Positions 38,645 through 47,965 of a DNA stretch of 64,000 bases are shown here, in pieces. The DNA is from Bacteroidota bacterium (lineage in GTDB: Bacteria > Bacteroidota > Ignavibacteria > Palsa-1295): NCBI GenBank assembly GCA_018266755.1, contig JAFDZW010000005.1, positions 967,233 to 1,031,232 of the forward strand, written 5' to 3'. Each line of letters starts with the position of its first letter. The stretch's first letter is position 1. The position numbers and the translations under genes are program-made. The notes under the pieces were generated by a model. It saw only the letters and a program-made list of their open reading frames with translations. It searched no databases and had not been told where the DNA came from.

Positions 38645-39859
38645 TCAGTAGTTGATTTCCATAGGATGCGTCAGCTCGACGCCACCGAAGGAGTGGCCGT
38701 TGGTAAAGAGGTCGCGCTCGCCGAGGTTCGTGCCGGCGAACCATTGACGACGGTTGAACTCGTCGCGGTTCTTGTTGCAGACGATCTGGAAGCACGTCGA
38801 ATTTCCCTGCTTCGCAATATCGACCGACCAGCCGAGGAAGATCTCCCAGCACCGGAACCACCACTGGCCATACTTCGCGAGGATCTCTTCCTTGTGCGAC
38901 TGCCAGTTGTAATACCACAATTGGATCGTCTGCGAGTAATGAATACCGATGTTCTCGACCGAGTGAATCTCGAAACCGGCCTTCTCCAAACGCTTCACGA
39001 CGAATGATAGCGGCATAGACGCATCTGCGCCCGGGAAGATATACTGCGCCATAAAGCCACCCCAGATGAGCGACTCCTGATGATACCCGGCTCGCAAGCC
39101 CGCGATCTGCAAATAGAACAATCCGTCATCTTCGAGCAAACCGGCGATCTGCTTCATGAACTTGGTGAAGTGCTTGACGCCGACATGCTCTGCCATTTCG
39201 AGGCAGGTAATCTTATTGTACTTTGCATCGGGGATGCTGCGATAATCCATACGATGAACGCGGGCTTTGTCCTTGACGCCCCAGCGTTCGATTTGTGCGT
39301 TCGCATAATCCGCGCCCGCCTGTGCGATCGTGATGCCGGTCGAATCGGTCCCGTAGTATTTCGCCGAATGCGCGACGAGCGTCCCCCAGCCGCAGCCGAT
39401 ATCAAGGTGCTTCTCACCTGCTTTCATTTTAATTTTTTGGCAGACGAGATTCATCTTTTGGTCTTGCGCCGTTTCAAGATCTTCTTTTCCCGTCTTGAAA
39501 AACGCGGAGGTATAGATCATGCGATCGCCCAGGAATCCGCCGAAGAAATCGTTGCCGCGATCATAATGGTCGCGAATGACTTTCTCATCTTGTGCCGCAG
39601 AATGGATCGTCACCTGCGGGATGAACTGCGAGAATAAAAATTTCAGGTGGTGCGCGACGTACTGATAATTAAAATACTGCCGTCGGTTCTGCAAGAGCTT
39701 CTGCACATCGCATGTCAGATCGACTCGGCCGTTCATATAATCTTCGATGAACGTGGTGATGGGTACGGTGCGTCCGTTGCGGTAGCGATCTTCGACCTTC
39801 GGGTCACGGGGGATTACAATGTCCCGAATGTTCTTCGAAAGCGGCGTTTCTGAGGTCAT
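38645..39859 (-). CDS. cfa: cyclopropane-fatty-acyl-phospholipid synthase family SAM-dependent methyltransferase
   Basis: 'HLDIGCGWGTLVAHSAKYYG' SAM-binding motif I. CMAS/CFA family length and 'YIFPGADASMP'. Confidence 0.8.
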   Translation of the reverse strand: MTSETPLSKNIRDIVIPRDPKVEDRYRNGRTVPITTFIEDYMNGRVDLTCDVQKLLQNRRQYFNYQYVAHHLKFLFSQFIPQVTIHSAAQDEKVIRDHYDRGNDFFGGFLGDRMIYTSAFFKTGKEDLETAQDQKMNLVCQKIKMKAGEKHLDIGCGWGTLVAHSAKYYGTDSTGITIAQAGADYANAQIERWGVKDKARVHRMDYRSIPDAKYNKITCLEMAEHVGVKHFTKFMKQIAGLLEDDGLFYLQIAGLRAGYHQESLIWGGFMAQYIFPGADASMPLSFVVKRLEKAGFEIHSVENIGIHYSQTIQLWYYNWQSHKEEILAKYGQWWFRCWEIFLGWSVDIAKQGNSTCFQIVCNKNRDEFNRRQWFAGTNLGERDLFTNGHSFGGVELTHPMEINY

Positions 39860-40097
39860 ATATCGTGGATGATGGGTGAAAATATACGTAGGTGATGGAG
39901 TACCGAAGTACCCTGGGTGCGTGGTGGTCGAACGAAGGTACGCACGGAATGCGCTGTACGGGTGAAAACGCCGATTTTGTGCCCGGAGCGATTCGCGAAT
40001 GCCATGCTGCGTGAATTCACATTCATCTTGTCACGGGGGTTGCATTCCGGTCGTTGAACGCATATATTTGTTCACACTCATTCATTCACGTACCACT

Positions 40098-40700
40098 ATG
40101 ACACACACACGCAATACCCGTATGACGTTCGCGACGCTGCTCGCGCTGGCGATCGTCCTGTTCGCTTCGAACACATTCGCAGCGCTCAACGCATACCTGC
40201 AACTCAAAGGCACGAAGAGCGGCAAAATATATAAGAGCTCGCTCGATGCCAGCGGCAAGTTCTCGTTCTCGAATGTCGAGCCGGGGACATACAGCCTCAT
40301 CTTTGTCAGCGAGGACGGCAGCAATCCGCCCGCTTCCATCGAGATCCAAAGCTTCTCGTGGGGAGCGACAAACTCCGGTTCGATGTCGTCGGGATCGATG
40401 AGCTCGGGCCGCGCAAGCGCATCGGCAACGACATCGAAGAATTCGCCAGTGACCCGCTCGAACATCTCGAATAACCGAGTAAGCTGCCCGAGCGGCGTAA
40501 CCGTCTCGACCGGCGACCTCGACGGCGACGGCATCCCGGACGTGATTACCTCGCCCGTGACGATCAGCATCAGCAATGCCGACGGTTCACGAGGACAAGT
40601 ATTCTCGAAGGTCGTGCTTCAGGATATCACCGTCTCGAGTGCCTGCTCCCCCTCCGGTGCCTGCAAAGGAAACTGGAATTTGAAAGAGAATGTGAAGTAG
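40098..40700 (+). CDS. secreted hypothetical protein (Ser/Gly-rich linker)
   Basis: Signal peptide MTHTRNTRMTFATLLALAIVLFASNTFA, start trimmed from ORF 39999..40700. Confidence 0.45.
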   Translation: MTHTRNTRMTFATLLALAIVLFASNTFAALNAYLQLKGTKSGKIYKSSLDASGKFSFSNVEPGTYSLIFVSEDGSNPPASIEIQSFSWGATNSGSMSSGSMSSGRASASATTSKNSPVTRSNISNNRVSCPSGVTVSTGDLDGDGIPDVITSPVTISISNADGSRGQVFSKVVLQDITVSSACSPSGACKGNWNLKENVK

Positions 40701-40838
40701 TCGAGAATTGTCAATTGCCCCGTATCCAATGGTTGGAGCGGGGCAATTTCCCTCCACCCTTGTCCGCGTCCCCGTCCGTCCCCGCAACTCTTCATCCACT
40801 GATGTGTTTCACTGACTGTTGGGCAACTATGCTATCAA

Positions 40839-43442
40839 ATGAAGGGTCACGCAATCTACAGATCCATCCGAGCATCTTCACGAGTCGTATGCTTGATGCT
40901 CTTATTCTTGACGGCTTGTTCTACTGAACCGGAGCTCAATCCCGTTCCACTCCCGGGTCTCGAACTTGGTGACTCAGTTCGTTTGGGCACGGCTGAGATC
41001 GGGCCTGGCGGCGGAACACTTGCCGATGATCTCGGTATTGGTCCAACGGTAACGGTACCTGCAAGTGCGTTTACAACGAGTCGGACTTGCACGCTTAGCC
41101 AAGCCTTGATCAAATCACAAACCTTTGGGGAGAACATCTACCCGGAAACGCCGCTGTATCGTCTCGATATCGGTACTGATTATCCCGCACGCAATATTGT
41201 GGTTCGCATCGCAGTGAAGATGAAGTCCGACCGATTCTATATGCCGTTCTATTTTGATGCGGTAACGCATCAGTTGGACGCGATTCCCATCTCGACCATC
41301 GACAATCAAAGCATCACGTTCGTCATCCGACACTCCGGTTCGATCTTCGTCAGTTCAATCGCTCGTACAGCACTGAAGGGAAAGATCACATCTGCTTTTG
41401 ATGTGGCACACGATGCATGGAACATTCCGAATGTGGGCACTTCTGCCTTCCCCAATGGGCTTGCCAGCGGCCTTTCGCTCGGCGCGCTCTGGTATTATTG
41501 TAGCAAGTGGATAACCACCGGAACATCCCTTGGGAGTGCATTCCAGGAACCGACGTACTCGAACGATACCCTTTGGATGGCGCACCCACGGAGTTTTCGC
41601 GCAGTGAACGCGATTGAATCGGCGTGTGCTTGGACGACAACGGCTACCAACCTGATCGAACATCTGACTGGCGGTGACAACACGCTTACTCGAAATGAGT
41701 TAGCCTATGCCTTACTTGCCACTCACAAACCACAGGCACTGTGCCTTACCAATCGTCTAATCACGGCGAGGGTCCCGATCGTCGTTACGGGCCTGAACGA
41801 GAATCTCGCCACCGTATACGACCCCTGCTATCCTGGTGCAACGGATCGCTCTATCGACGTGTCCGCAAAAGCAACGCAGGCTTATAGCACATCGTACACC
41901 GTTTCAAACTTAATACAGTCAGACGAGCACGAATTTCCCTTTATTAGTTATATCGGTGGCTATGCGATCCTGGATTATGCTACAATCGCAGCAGGATATT
42001 CAGCATCCGTCACCGGTGTTCCGCAAGACCTCTTTTCGGGCGTGCGGGCAGATCATGGTGTGATACGAACGGGAGACACCCTCCAGTGTATTGACCCCGC
42101 CATCCGGTTGGACTTCTCGGGCCGAACGAAGACGAGCATCTCGATTTATCTCAATGGCGCATTCCGGTCCTACTCGACAGGCGATGTAATCCCTATCAAG
42201 CGCGGAGAAAATGTGGTTGGGATTTATATGGATTCTGCGTCGCCATACGTGAACAAACGTACATGGGTTGGTTGGCAATGGCTGCACGCATCATTTGAAC
42301 CGTTGCTTATTACGATGAAGCCGACAAATCCGGTCTCTCACACCCGGGAGTACTTTGGAATTGTTTCTCCCTTGTACCAACAATCCGGAGTCACGTTCGA
42401 GTGGAATTTTGGCGATGGGACCACTGAGCAGCGCGCATACCCGAACGACACGATCTCACATGTGTACGACCACGAAGGAAGCTACCCTCTCACGATACAC
42501 ATCAGACCGAGCGCCGGCACGGTTCCGCAGGACTCCTTCTCACAAACGATAATTGTCAGTGCACCCGCTGTAGCCATCATACCATTGGATTCGACGTTGC
42601 CGTTCGTCGGAACGCCACAGGCGTTCGTCGTACAGGTATCTCCGAAACCCGAACAGCGGTTCAGGATTCGCTGGACGGTGGTGGGAGTCGGCGCAAACCA
42701 AGTGTTAGCGGATACAGCGTGGTGGGTTCATACATTTGCGAGCGCAGGCATGTACACGTTGCGAGCGGATCTACTCGATAGCAAAGACATCGTGTTTGCC
42801 TCTACAACGCGCACCATCCAAATTTCTCCGGCATTAAGCCCGCCAACAATCGCCGAACTTCAATCCAAGAGGAATCTCCTGGTCCGATTTACCGGCGATA
42901 TTCAGTTCGACGGCACCGTACAGTGGTACACGACATTTGTCTACGGAACGGGCAGTAGTCGTGACTCGGCAGCCAATCGGCTACAGTGGGACCAACCGGG
43001 GACGACATGCAGTCTGAAGTGGTCGACCTCTTGGAGTTCACACGTCGTTACCGATTCGATCTTCAACTTCTACCATGACGAATCCGACAGCCGATCCCTA
43101 TCGATTAGCATCCACTTCGCGACCGACTATTCTACCGTCTCGAATTTCGCATGTGCGTCATCTCATGCGTGGAGTGAATACTCCAACAGTGCCATGACCG
43201 AGAACTACAATACGAATTCGGATGAGAATGCCTTAGAGGGCAACTCCATCTCGTATCATGGTCGTAATAACGATACAATTGTCTACCGGCGCAGTGGCCC
43301 AATGGTAGAGCAACTCTTGTCAAAGATCGAGTATAAGGCATCTCTATACTACAAGCATGGGGCAAGCGGCCACGCCGACTATGTGAAAACGAATTGGTCT
43401 AACAGCGCCAAACCGCCGATTGTTGATATTCTCTTCTATTGA
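40839..43442 (+). CDS. large lipoprotein with a PKD domain
   Basis: Lipobox 'LFLTACS'. 'TFEWNFGDGTTEQRAYPNDTISHVYDHEGSYPLTIHI' is a PKD domain. Confidence 0.55.
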   Translation: MKGHAIYRSIRASSRVVCLMLLFLTACSTEPELNPVPLPGLELGDSVRLGTAEIGPGGGTLADDLGIGPTVTVPASAFTTSRTCTLSQALIKSQTFGENIYPETPLYRLDIGTDYPARNIVVRIAVKMKSDRFYMPFYFDAVTHQLDAIPISTIDNQSITFVIRHSGSIFVSSIARTALKGKITSAFDVAHDAWNIPNVGTSAFPNGLASGLSLGALWYYCSKWITTGTSLGSAFQEPTYSNDTLWMAHPRSFRAVNAIESACAWTTTATNLIEHLTGGDNTLTRNELAYALLATHKPQALCLTNRLITARVPIVVTGLNENLATVYDPCYPGATDRSIDVSAKATQAYSTSYTVSNLIQSDEHEFPFISYIGGYAILDYATIAAGYSASVTGVPQDLFSGVRADHGVIRTGDTLQCIDPAIRLDFSGRTKTSISIYLNGAFRSYSTGDVIPIKRGENVVGIYMDSASPYVNKRTWVGWQWLHASFEPLLITMKPTNPVSHTREYFGIVSPLYQQSGVTFEWNFGDGTTEQRAYPNDTISHVYDHEGSYPLTIHIRPSAGTVPQDSFSQTIIVSAPAVAIIPLDSTLPFVGTPQAFVVQVSPKPEQRFRIRWTVVGVGANQVLADTAWWVHTFASAGMYTLRADLLDSKDIVFASTTRTIQISPALSPPTIAELQSKRNLLVRFTGDIQFDGTVQWYTTFVYGTGSSRDSAANRLQWDQPGTTCSLKWSTSWSSHVVTDSIFNFYHDESDSRSLSISIHFATDYSTVSNFACASSHAWSEYSNSAMTENYNTNSDENALEGNSISYHGRNNDTIVYRRSGPMVEQLLSKIEYKASLYYKHGASGHADYVKTNWSNSAKPPIVDILFY

Positions 43443-43537
43443 TTAGGGTTTGACTTCAGAAACGGTTCGGGGCACCGGTTTGGGGTGCCCGACCCGTTCC
43501 TGAATATTTCTCACCAGGTGTGCATACTATCAGTGGC

Positions 43538-44203
43538 TCAATAGAACGTCGGCCAGAGGGTGATCTTCAAGTCCGTCCCGTTCGAGAGGGTGACGACGAT
43601 CTGTACTAACCCGAATTTGTGATTGGTGATGTATTTGATCTTCGTCACGCCGTTGAGATCGTTCACCGGCGTTTCCTCGGTCGTGTTGGTCTTGATGAGC
43701 AGGAAGCCATAGCTAAAATCGTCGGTGGTCGATTTTTGCGTCACGGTGCGGGTGACGGTCGTACCTGACGATGTGGTGAACGTGTACTTATCGCCCACCG
43801 AACAGTTGTACTTGATGATAGTGAACGGCTTCGACCAGTCGGAATCCGCCAACCGGTAATCCTGAATCCCTTCCGAGGTCATGCGCACATGGACTTCTGT
43901 ATTCAAGTTGCCTGCCGTGTCGAGCCTGCTGGCCGGAAGGATCGAACGCAACGCGGGGTACGCCGACAGATCGGCCCAGACACGGACCGTCACAAAGCCG
44001 TTCTGATTCTTCGTGATATACATCGTATCGCGCAGCGCTACGTACGAACTTCCGAGATAGACAGTTGGTGAAAAGTCATTGCCAACGGTATTGAGCGGAA
44101 TGTTCGTATCGCCGCCGAGGTCGTTCGGCCCTTCGGTCGAGCTTTGGCTGCATGCCACGAGGGTCATGGCTGCAAGCATGAGGAGCAAGGTTCGGATCTT
44201 CAT
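43538..44203 (-). CDS. lipoprotein, hypothetical
   Basis: MKIRTLLLMLAAMTLVACS lipobox, start trimmed from ORF 43538..44221. Confidence 0.5.
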   Translation of the reverse strand: MKIRTLLLMLAAMTLVACSQSSTEGPNDLGGDTNIPLNTVGNDFSPTVYLGSSYVALRDTMYITKNQNGFVTVRVWADLSAYPALRSILPASRLDTAGNLNTEVHVRMTSEGIQDYRLADSDWSKPFTIIKYNCSVGDKYTFTTSSGTTVTRTVTQKSTTDDFSYGFLLIKTNTTEETPVNDLNGVTKIKYITNHKFGLVQIVVTLSNGTDLKITLWPTFY

Positions 44204-44409
44204 ATATCCTCCGTAAGACATTTGTTTACGCCTGCGAAGCTTTTGTTACGGCCACCGGTACGCTCTTCTTCGTGGCAGTCGCCGGAAGTGCGCTGATAAT
44301 CAACCACTTCCGATGTTCAATCGGCCCCATTGGGCCTAACTACTCGCTATTCTTGCAATTAGAATGCCAAACAGAGATGCGGCGTTGACGTATCTTTGTC
44401 CTTGGCAGC

Positions 44410-46242
44410 ATGGCCGATATTTTCATCTCATACTCACGCAACGATTCGGAACAGGCCCTTGCCTTGGTCGATCGATTGCGCGCACATGGAATGACCGTCT
44501 GGATCGACCAGCACGGACTCGAAGCCGCGACGTCGTGGAGCAAGGAGATCGCGAACGCGCTGCAACAGTGCGATGTGATGCTCCTGCTGCTCTCCTCGAC
44601 GGCAGTGAGTTCGGTGAATGTCGCAAAAGAACTCTCTGCCGCATCCCAGCTCCATAAACGCATCGTCCCTGTCCAGCTCGAGCGTGTCGAACTGCAAGGC
44701 GAATTCCTCTACCATCTATCGGGGCTGCAGCGCGCGAAATACGACGACTTCGATTCGATCCTGCGGGCGGTGGCCAAAACAGATCAGGAAGTCTCACCCA
44801 ATACAACGAACTCGACCGAGCAAGCCCCGCCTCGTGCCCGAAAGACACGGCTTCGGGCTATCGTTGCTGCTTCGATCATTCTGGTGCTCGGCGCCGTAGG
44901 CTACTTCGCGTTCCGCCCGAGTTCATCCGGCAGTACGGCGAGCACGGTCAAGACGCTGTTGGTTCTGCCGTTCGAGAGTCTGAGCGCCGACAAAGAGAAC
45001 GAGTACTTCGCCGATGGCATGACGGCCACGCTAATCGATATGCTTGTCCCCGTGACCGACCTGCAGGTGGCCGACCGCAGCACGTCCATGGAATTCAAAT
45101 CGTCGAAGCGGGACGTCAAAGAAATCTCAAAACTGGTCGGATGCCGCTATATCGTCAACGGCACCGTGCAGCGTGAGGCCGACCGCATTTTGATCAATGC
45201 CCAAATGTCCGATGCCGAAACGGGATCGGTGCTCTTCAGCAAGTCCTTCTTTGGCTCATCACGCGATCTGTTCCAGTTGCAGCAACAGATCGCGCAAAAC
45301 ATTGTCGTAGAACTCCAACTGTCGCTTTCTACCGATTCGGTGTATGTGCCGCTGGGCGGGAAGCCCGCCAGTCCGGAAGCCTGGGACCTGTGCATGAGAG
45401 CTGACTACGAAGAGAGCCACAACCGCATCGATTCCTCGATCGCATTGTACGTACGTGCTACACAGTTTTCCCCATACTACGCACATCCGTATCTCCAGGC
45501 CGCGCGTGAATATGGCAACAAGTACATGGGCGACACCACCGCCACGCGGTCATTGGTGCTGGCAGACTCGTTTCTGGCGATCGGACGCAAACTTGATACC
45601 GCCCAACTATATTCGCATTTTGTTGGCAGTTGGATCGCAACGGTTCATCATGATTACGACCGAGCGATCTCCGAAGCGACCGCGTATCTGAAGAAGCAGC
45701 CCAGGCGCTCAGGCGGCTATTATCTGTTGGCTCTGGCATACGCTACTTCAAAACAATACGGCCTTGCTGCCGACAATTTCCTCGAGTCACTGAAGCGGGA
45801 TCCGACTGCGCCGCAAGACCGGTTCATGGTACTCTACTGTCTGTGGTTTGCGCATGATACCGTGCGATTGCATCAACAAGCGGCAGCGTCTATCCCGATC
45901 TTCGAAGCATGGCTCAAGTGGCACCCGGACGACAAATCCGTCAGCAACAATAGCATCCCGCTGGCATTGGTATGGTCCGGCCGAGGCGATGAAGCCTGCA
46001 AGCGGATGGAAGATCTGCTCAGGACCCCGAACGTCGACTCGCAGTACGTCCTGAATACCGCAGCGATCAGCGCCCTCAGTGGTAAGCTCGACCGAGCGAT
46101 GGAGATCATGCGGGGCAAGATCGCCCGCTCCGGCGTGCAGAGCGTCGACTTCGAACGCCCCTTCTTCGATAATCTCCGCAACCTCCCGGAATTTCAGTCA
46201 TGGGTAAAGCAGAAGGAAGCACTACCGAAGAAGCATGGCTGA
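44410..46242 (+). CDS. TIR-domain protein, paralog A: TIR – TM helix – TolB-N-terminal-like domain – TPR region
   Basis: 'MADIFISYSRNDSEQALALVDRLRAHGMTVWIDQHGLEAATSWSKEIANALQQCDVMLLLLSSTAVSSVNVAKEL' is a TIR_2-like domain. It is the only paralog with a hydrophobic segment 'LRAIVAASIILVLGAVGYFAF'. 'LLVLPFESLSADKENEYFADG...RYIVNGTVQ' is a TolB_N-like domain. Confidence 0.8.
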   Translation: MADIFISYSRNDSEQALALVDRLRAHGMTVWIDQHGLEAATSWSKEIANALQQCDVMLLLLSSTAVSSVNVAKELSAASQLHKRIVPVQLERVELQGEFLYHLSGLQRAKYDDFDSILRAVAKTDQEVSPNTTNSTEQAPPRARKTRLRAIVAASIILVLGAVGYFAFRPSSSGSTASTVKTLLVLPFESLSADKENEYFADGMTATLIDMLVPVTDLQVADRSTSMEFKSSKRDVKEISKLVGCRYIVNGTVQREADRILINAQMSDAETGSVLFSKSFFGSSRDLFQLQQQIAQNIVVELQLSLSTDSVYVPLGGKPASPEAWDLCMRADYEESHNRIDSSIALYVRATQFSPYYAHPYLQAAREYGNKYMGDTTATRSLVLADSFLAIGRKLDTAQLYSHFVGSWIATVHHDYDRAISEATAYLKKQPRRSGGYYLLALAYATSKQYGLAADNFLESLKRDPTAPQDRFMVLYCLWFAHDTVRLHQQAAASIPIFEAWLKWHPDDKSVSNNSIPLALVWSGRGDEACKRMEDLLRTPNVDSQYVLNTAAISALSGKLDRAMEIMRGKIARSGVQSVDFERPFFDNLRNLPEFQSWVKQKEALPKKHG

Positions 46243-47965
46243 TATTTTCATCTCGTACTCCCGCAACGACTCCGAGCAGGCTCTTGCCTTAGCCGAGCAA
46301 CTGCGCGCGAACGGATTGGACGTCTGGATCGACCAGCATGGCATCGAAGGGGCAACGAGTTGGAGCAAGGAGATCGCTAATGCGCTACAGGCCTGTCACA
46401 CCATGCTGCTGTTGCTGTCGCCCACCGCTGTTGCATCGAAGAATGTCGCGAAGGAACTCTCGGTCGCAACACAACTAAATAAGCATATTGTCCCGGTTCA
46501 GGTCGTTCGAACGACGCTTGAAGGCGAGTTCCTCTACCATCTCTCTGCGCTGCAACGCGTCAAGATAGCAGACGTAGATGCAATTCTCCGTGCGATCGCC
46601 GGCACTGCGCAGGATCGACCGGTGCGTCACGCACCTAAACCGATCGATGAACGGAAGTCGCTGATGATCCTGCCGTTCAAGGATCTCTCTCCGACAGCCG
46701 ACAACGGCTGGTTCGCCGATGGGATGGTCAGCGAACTCATCGACTCCCTTTCGCATATCAAGTCATTGCGGTTGGTGGACAAACAGACGACGAACGAGTA
46801 CAAGACCTATCAGGGCCACCTCGCCGACTATGCCCGCGAAATGGGCATCCGATTCTTCGTACAAGGCGACGTCCGGAAGTTCGGCGACCAGATCAAGATC
46901 TCGTGCACCTTGCTCGACATCGATACTGCCGATCACTTATGGCAGATCTCCCATAAGGGGACGATGTCCGACATCTTCGACATGCAGGAAGAGCTTGCGA
47001 GAAAAGTGGTCGATGGTCTGAAGCTGCATCTGCTCGCATCGGAAGAGAAGAAGCTTTCAAGCCGCGGCACCTCGAATGCCGAAGCGTATGAGATGTACTT
47101 GAAGGCCGAGGAATTCTATGACAAAGACACGAAAGTCTCAGTAGAATACGCCATGAAGGCGATCGAACGAAGCCTGGAGTTGGACCCAGATTTCCCGCAA
47201 GCGATGCTGCGGCGTGCGATCATTCTTGTTCGTTACCAACACGGATTTGGGGGTAGTGCGGAAATGCTCGATGAAGCCGAAGCCCTATTTGAAAGGGCAA
47301 AGAAAAAGCTCTCCCCTTCCGACGATTGGCGTGTTCTCGCCGGTCCGGGTATTCTGGCAATGGCGCGCGGCAATTTTGCATTGGCCGAATCGATCGCTCG
47401 TGAGAATGTCTCGATCGATCCGAACGATTATTACAGGCACAATGCACTGGCGTATTGTCTGTTCCTTCAAGGTCGGTACGAAGAGGTGCTCGTCGAACAT
47501 GAAGCATGTCTTGCGATCGTTCCTGAATCCTACAAATGTGCGCGCCAGATCGTCATGATGGCATGGAATATGGATCGGCCCGACCTCAAAGCTGATTATG
47601 CCCGGCGATTCATTCATCTGTTCCGGCGGAGAATGCAGCTCATGCCGAATGACGATGAAGCCTCCGTTCTCTATGGATTGTTACTGTTCTACCTCGGCCG
47701 CAGAGACGATGCACTCAGTCATCTCGACACGATCAGTGACGATCATATCACCGACGAATTGTCTTTTCGAATCCTCGCATGCCTTGCGGCACTTCTTGGC
47801 AGACCGGAGCGAGCAATCCGGTCGATGCAGTTGAGTGCTGAGATGGATCTGAACGAATGGCACCTGGCCTTGCTTAATAAGTCGGAGCTCGATTCGCTCA
47901 GGGACAGAGAAGACTTCCGTCGATTGGCAGAAGCTTGGAAAGCACGGTTGACGTCCAATGGCTGA
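46235..47965 (+). CDS. TIR-domain protein, paralog B (TIR – TolB_N-like – TPR), soluble
   Basis: 'MADIFISYSRNDSEQALALAEQLRANGLDVWIDQHGIEG', 'MILPFKDLSPTADNGWFADG'. The start ATG overlaps the upstream stop (ATGGCTGA). Confidence 0.8.
   Translation: MADIFISYSRNDSEQALALAEQLRANGLDVWIDQHGIEGATSWSKEIANALQACHTMLLLLSPTAVASKNVAKELSVATQLNKHIVPVQVVRTTLEGEFLYHLSALQRVKIADVDAILRAIAGTAQDRPVRHAPKPIDERKSLMILPFKDLSPTADNGWFADGMVSELIDSLSHIKSLRLVDKQTTNEYKTYQGHLADYAREMGIRFFVQGDVRKFGDQIKISCTLLDIDTADHLWQISHKGTMSDIFDMQEELARKVVDGLKLHLLASEEKKLSSRGTSNAEAYEMYLKAEEFYDKDTKVSVEYAMKAIERSLELDPDFPQAMLRRAIILVRYQHGFGGSAEMLDEAEALFERAKKKLSPSDDWRVLAGPGILAMARGNFALAESIARENVSIDPNDYYRHNALAYCLFLQGRYEEVLVEHEACLAIVPESYKCARQIVMMAWNMDRPDLKADYARRFIHLFRRRMQLMPNDDEASVLYGLLLFYLGRRDDALSHLDTISDDHITDELSFRILACLAALLGRPERAIRSMQLSAEMDLNEWHLALLNKSELDSLRDREDFRRLAEAWKARLTSNG

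Noticed and set aside
37881-38918. 345-aa minus-strand ORF overlapping the DUF92 gene and the cfa 3' end
   Set aside because: It overlaps two well-supported genes in other frames and shows no domain signature
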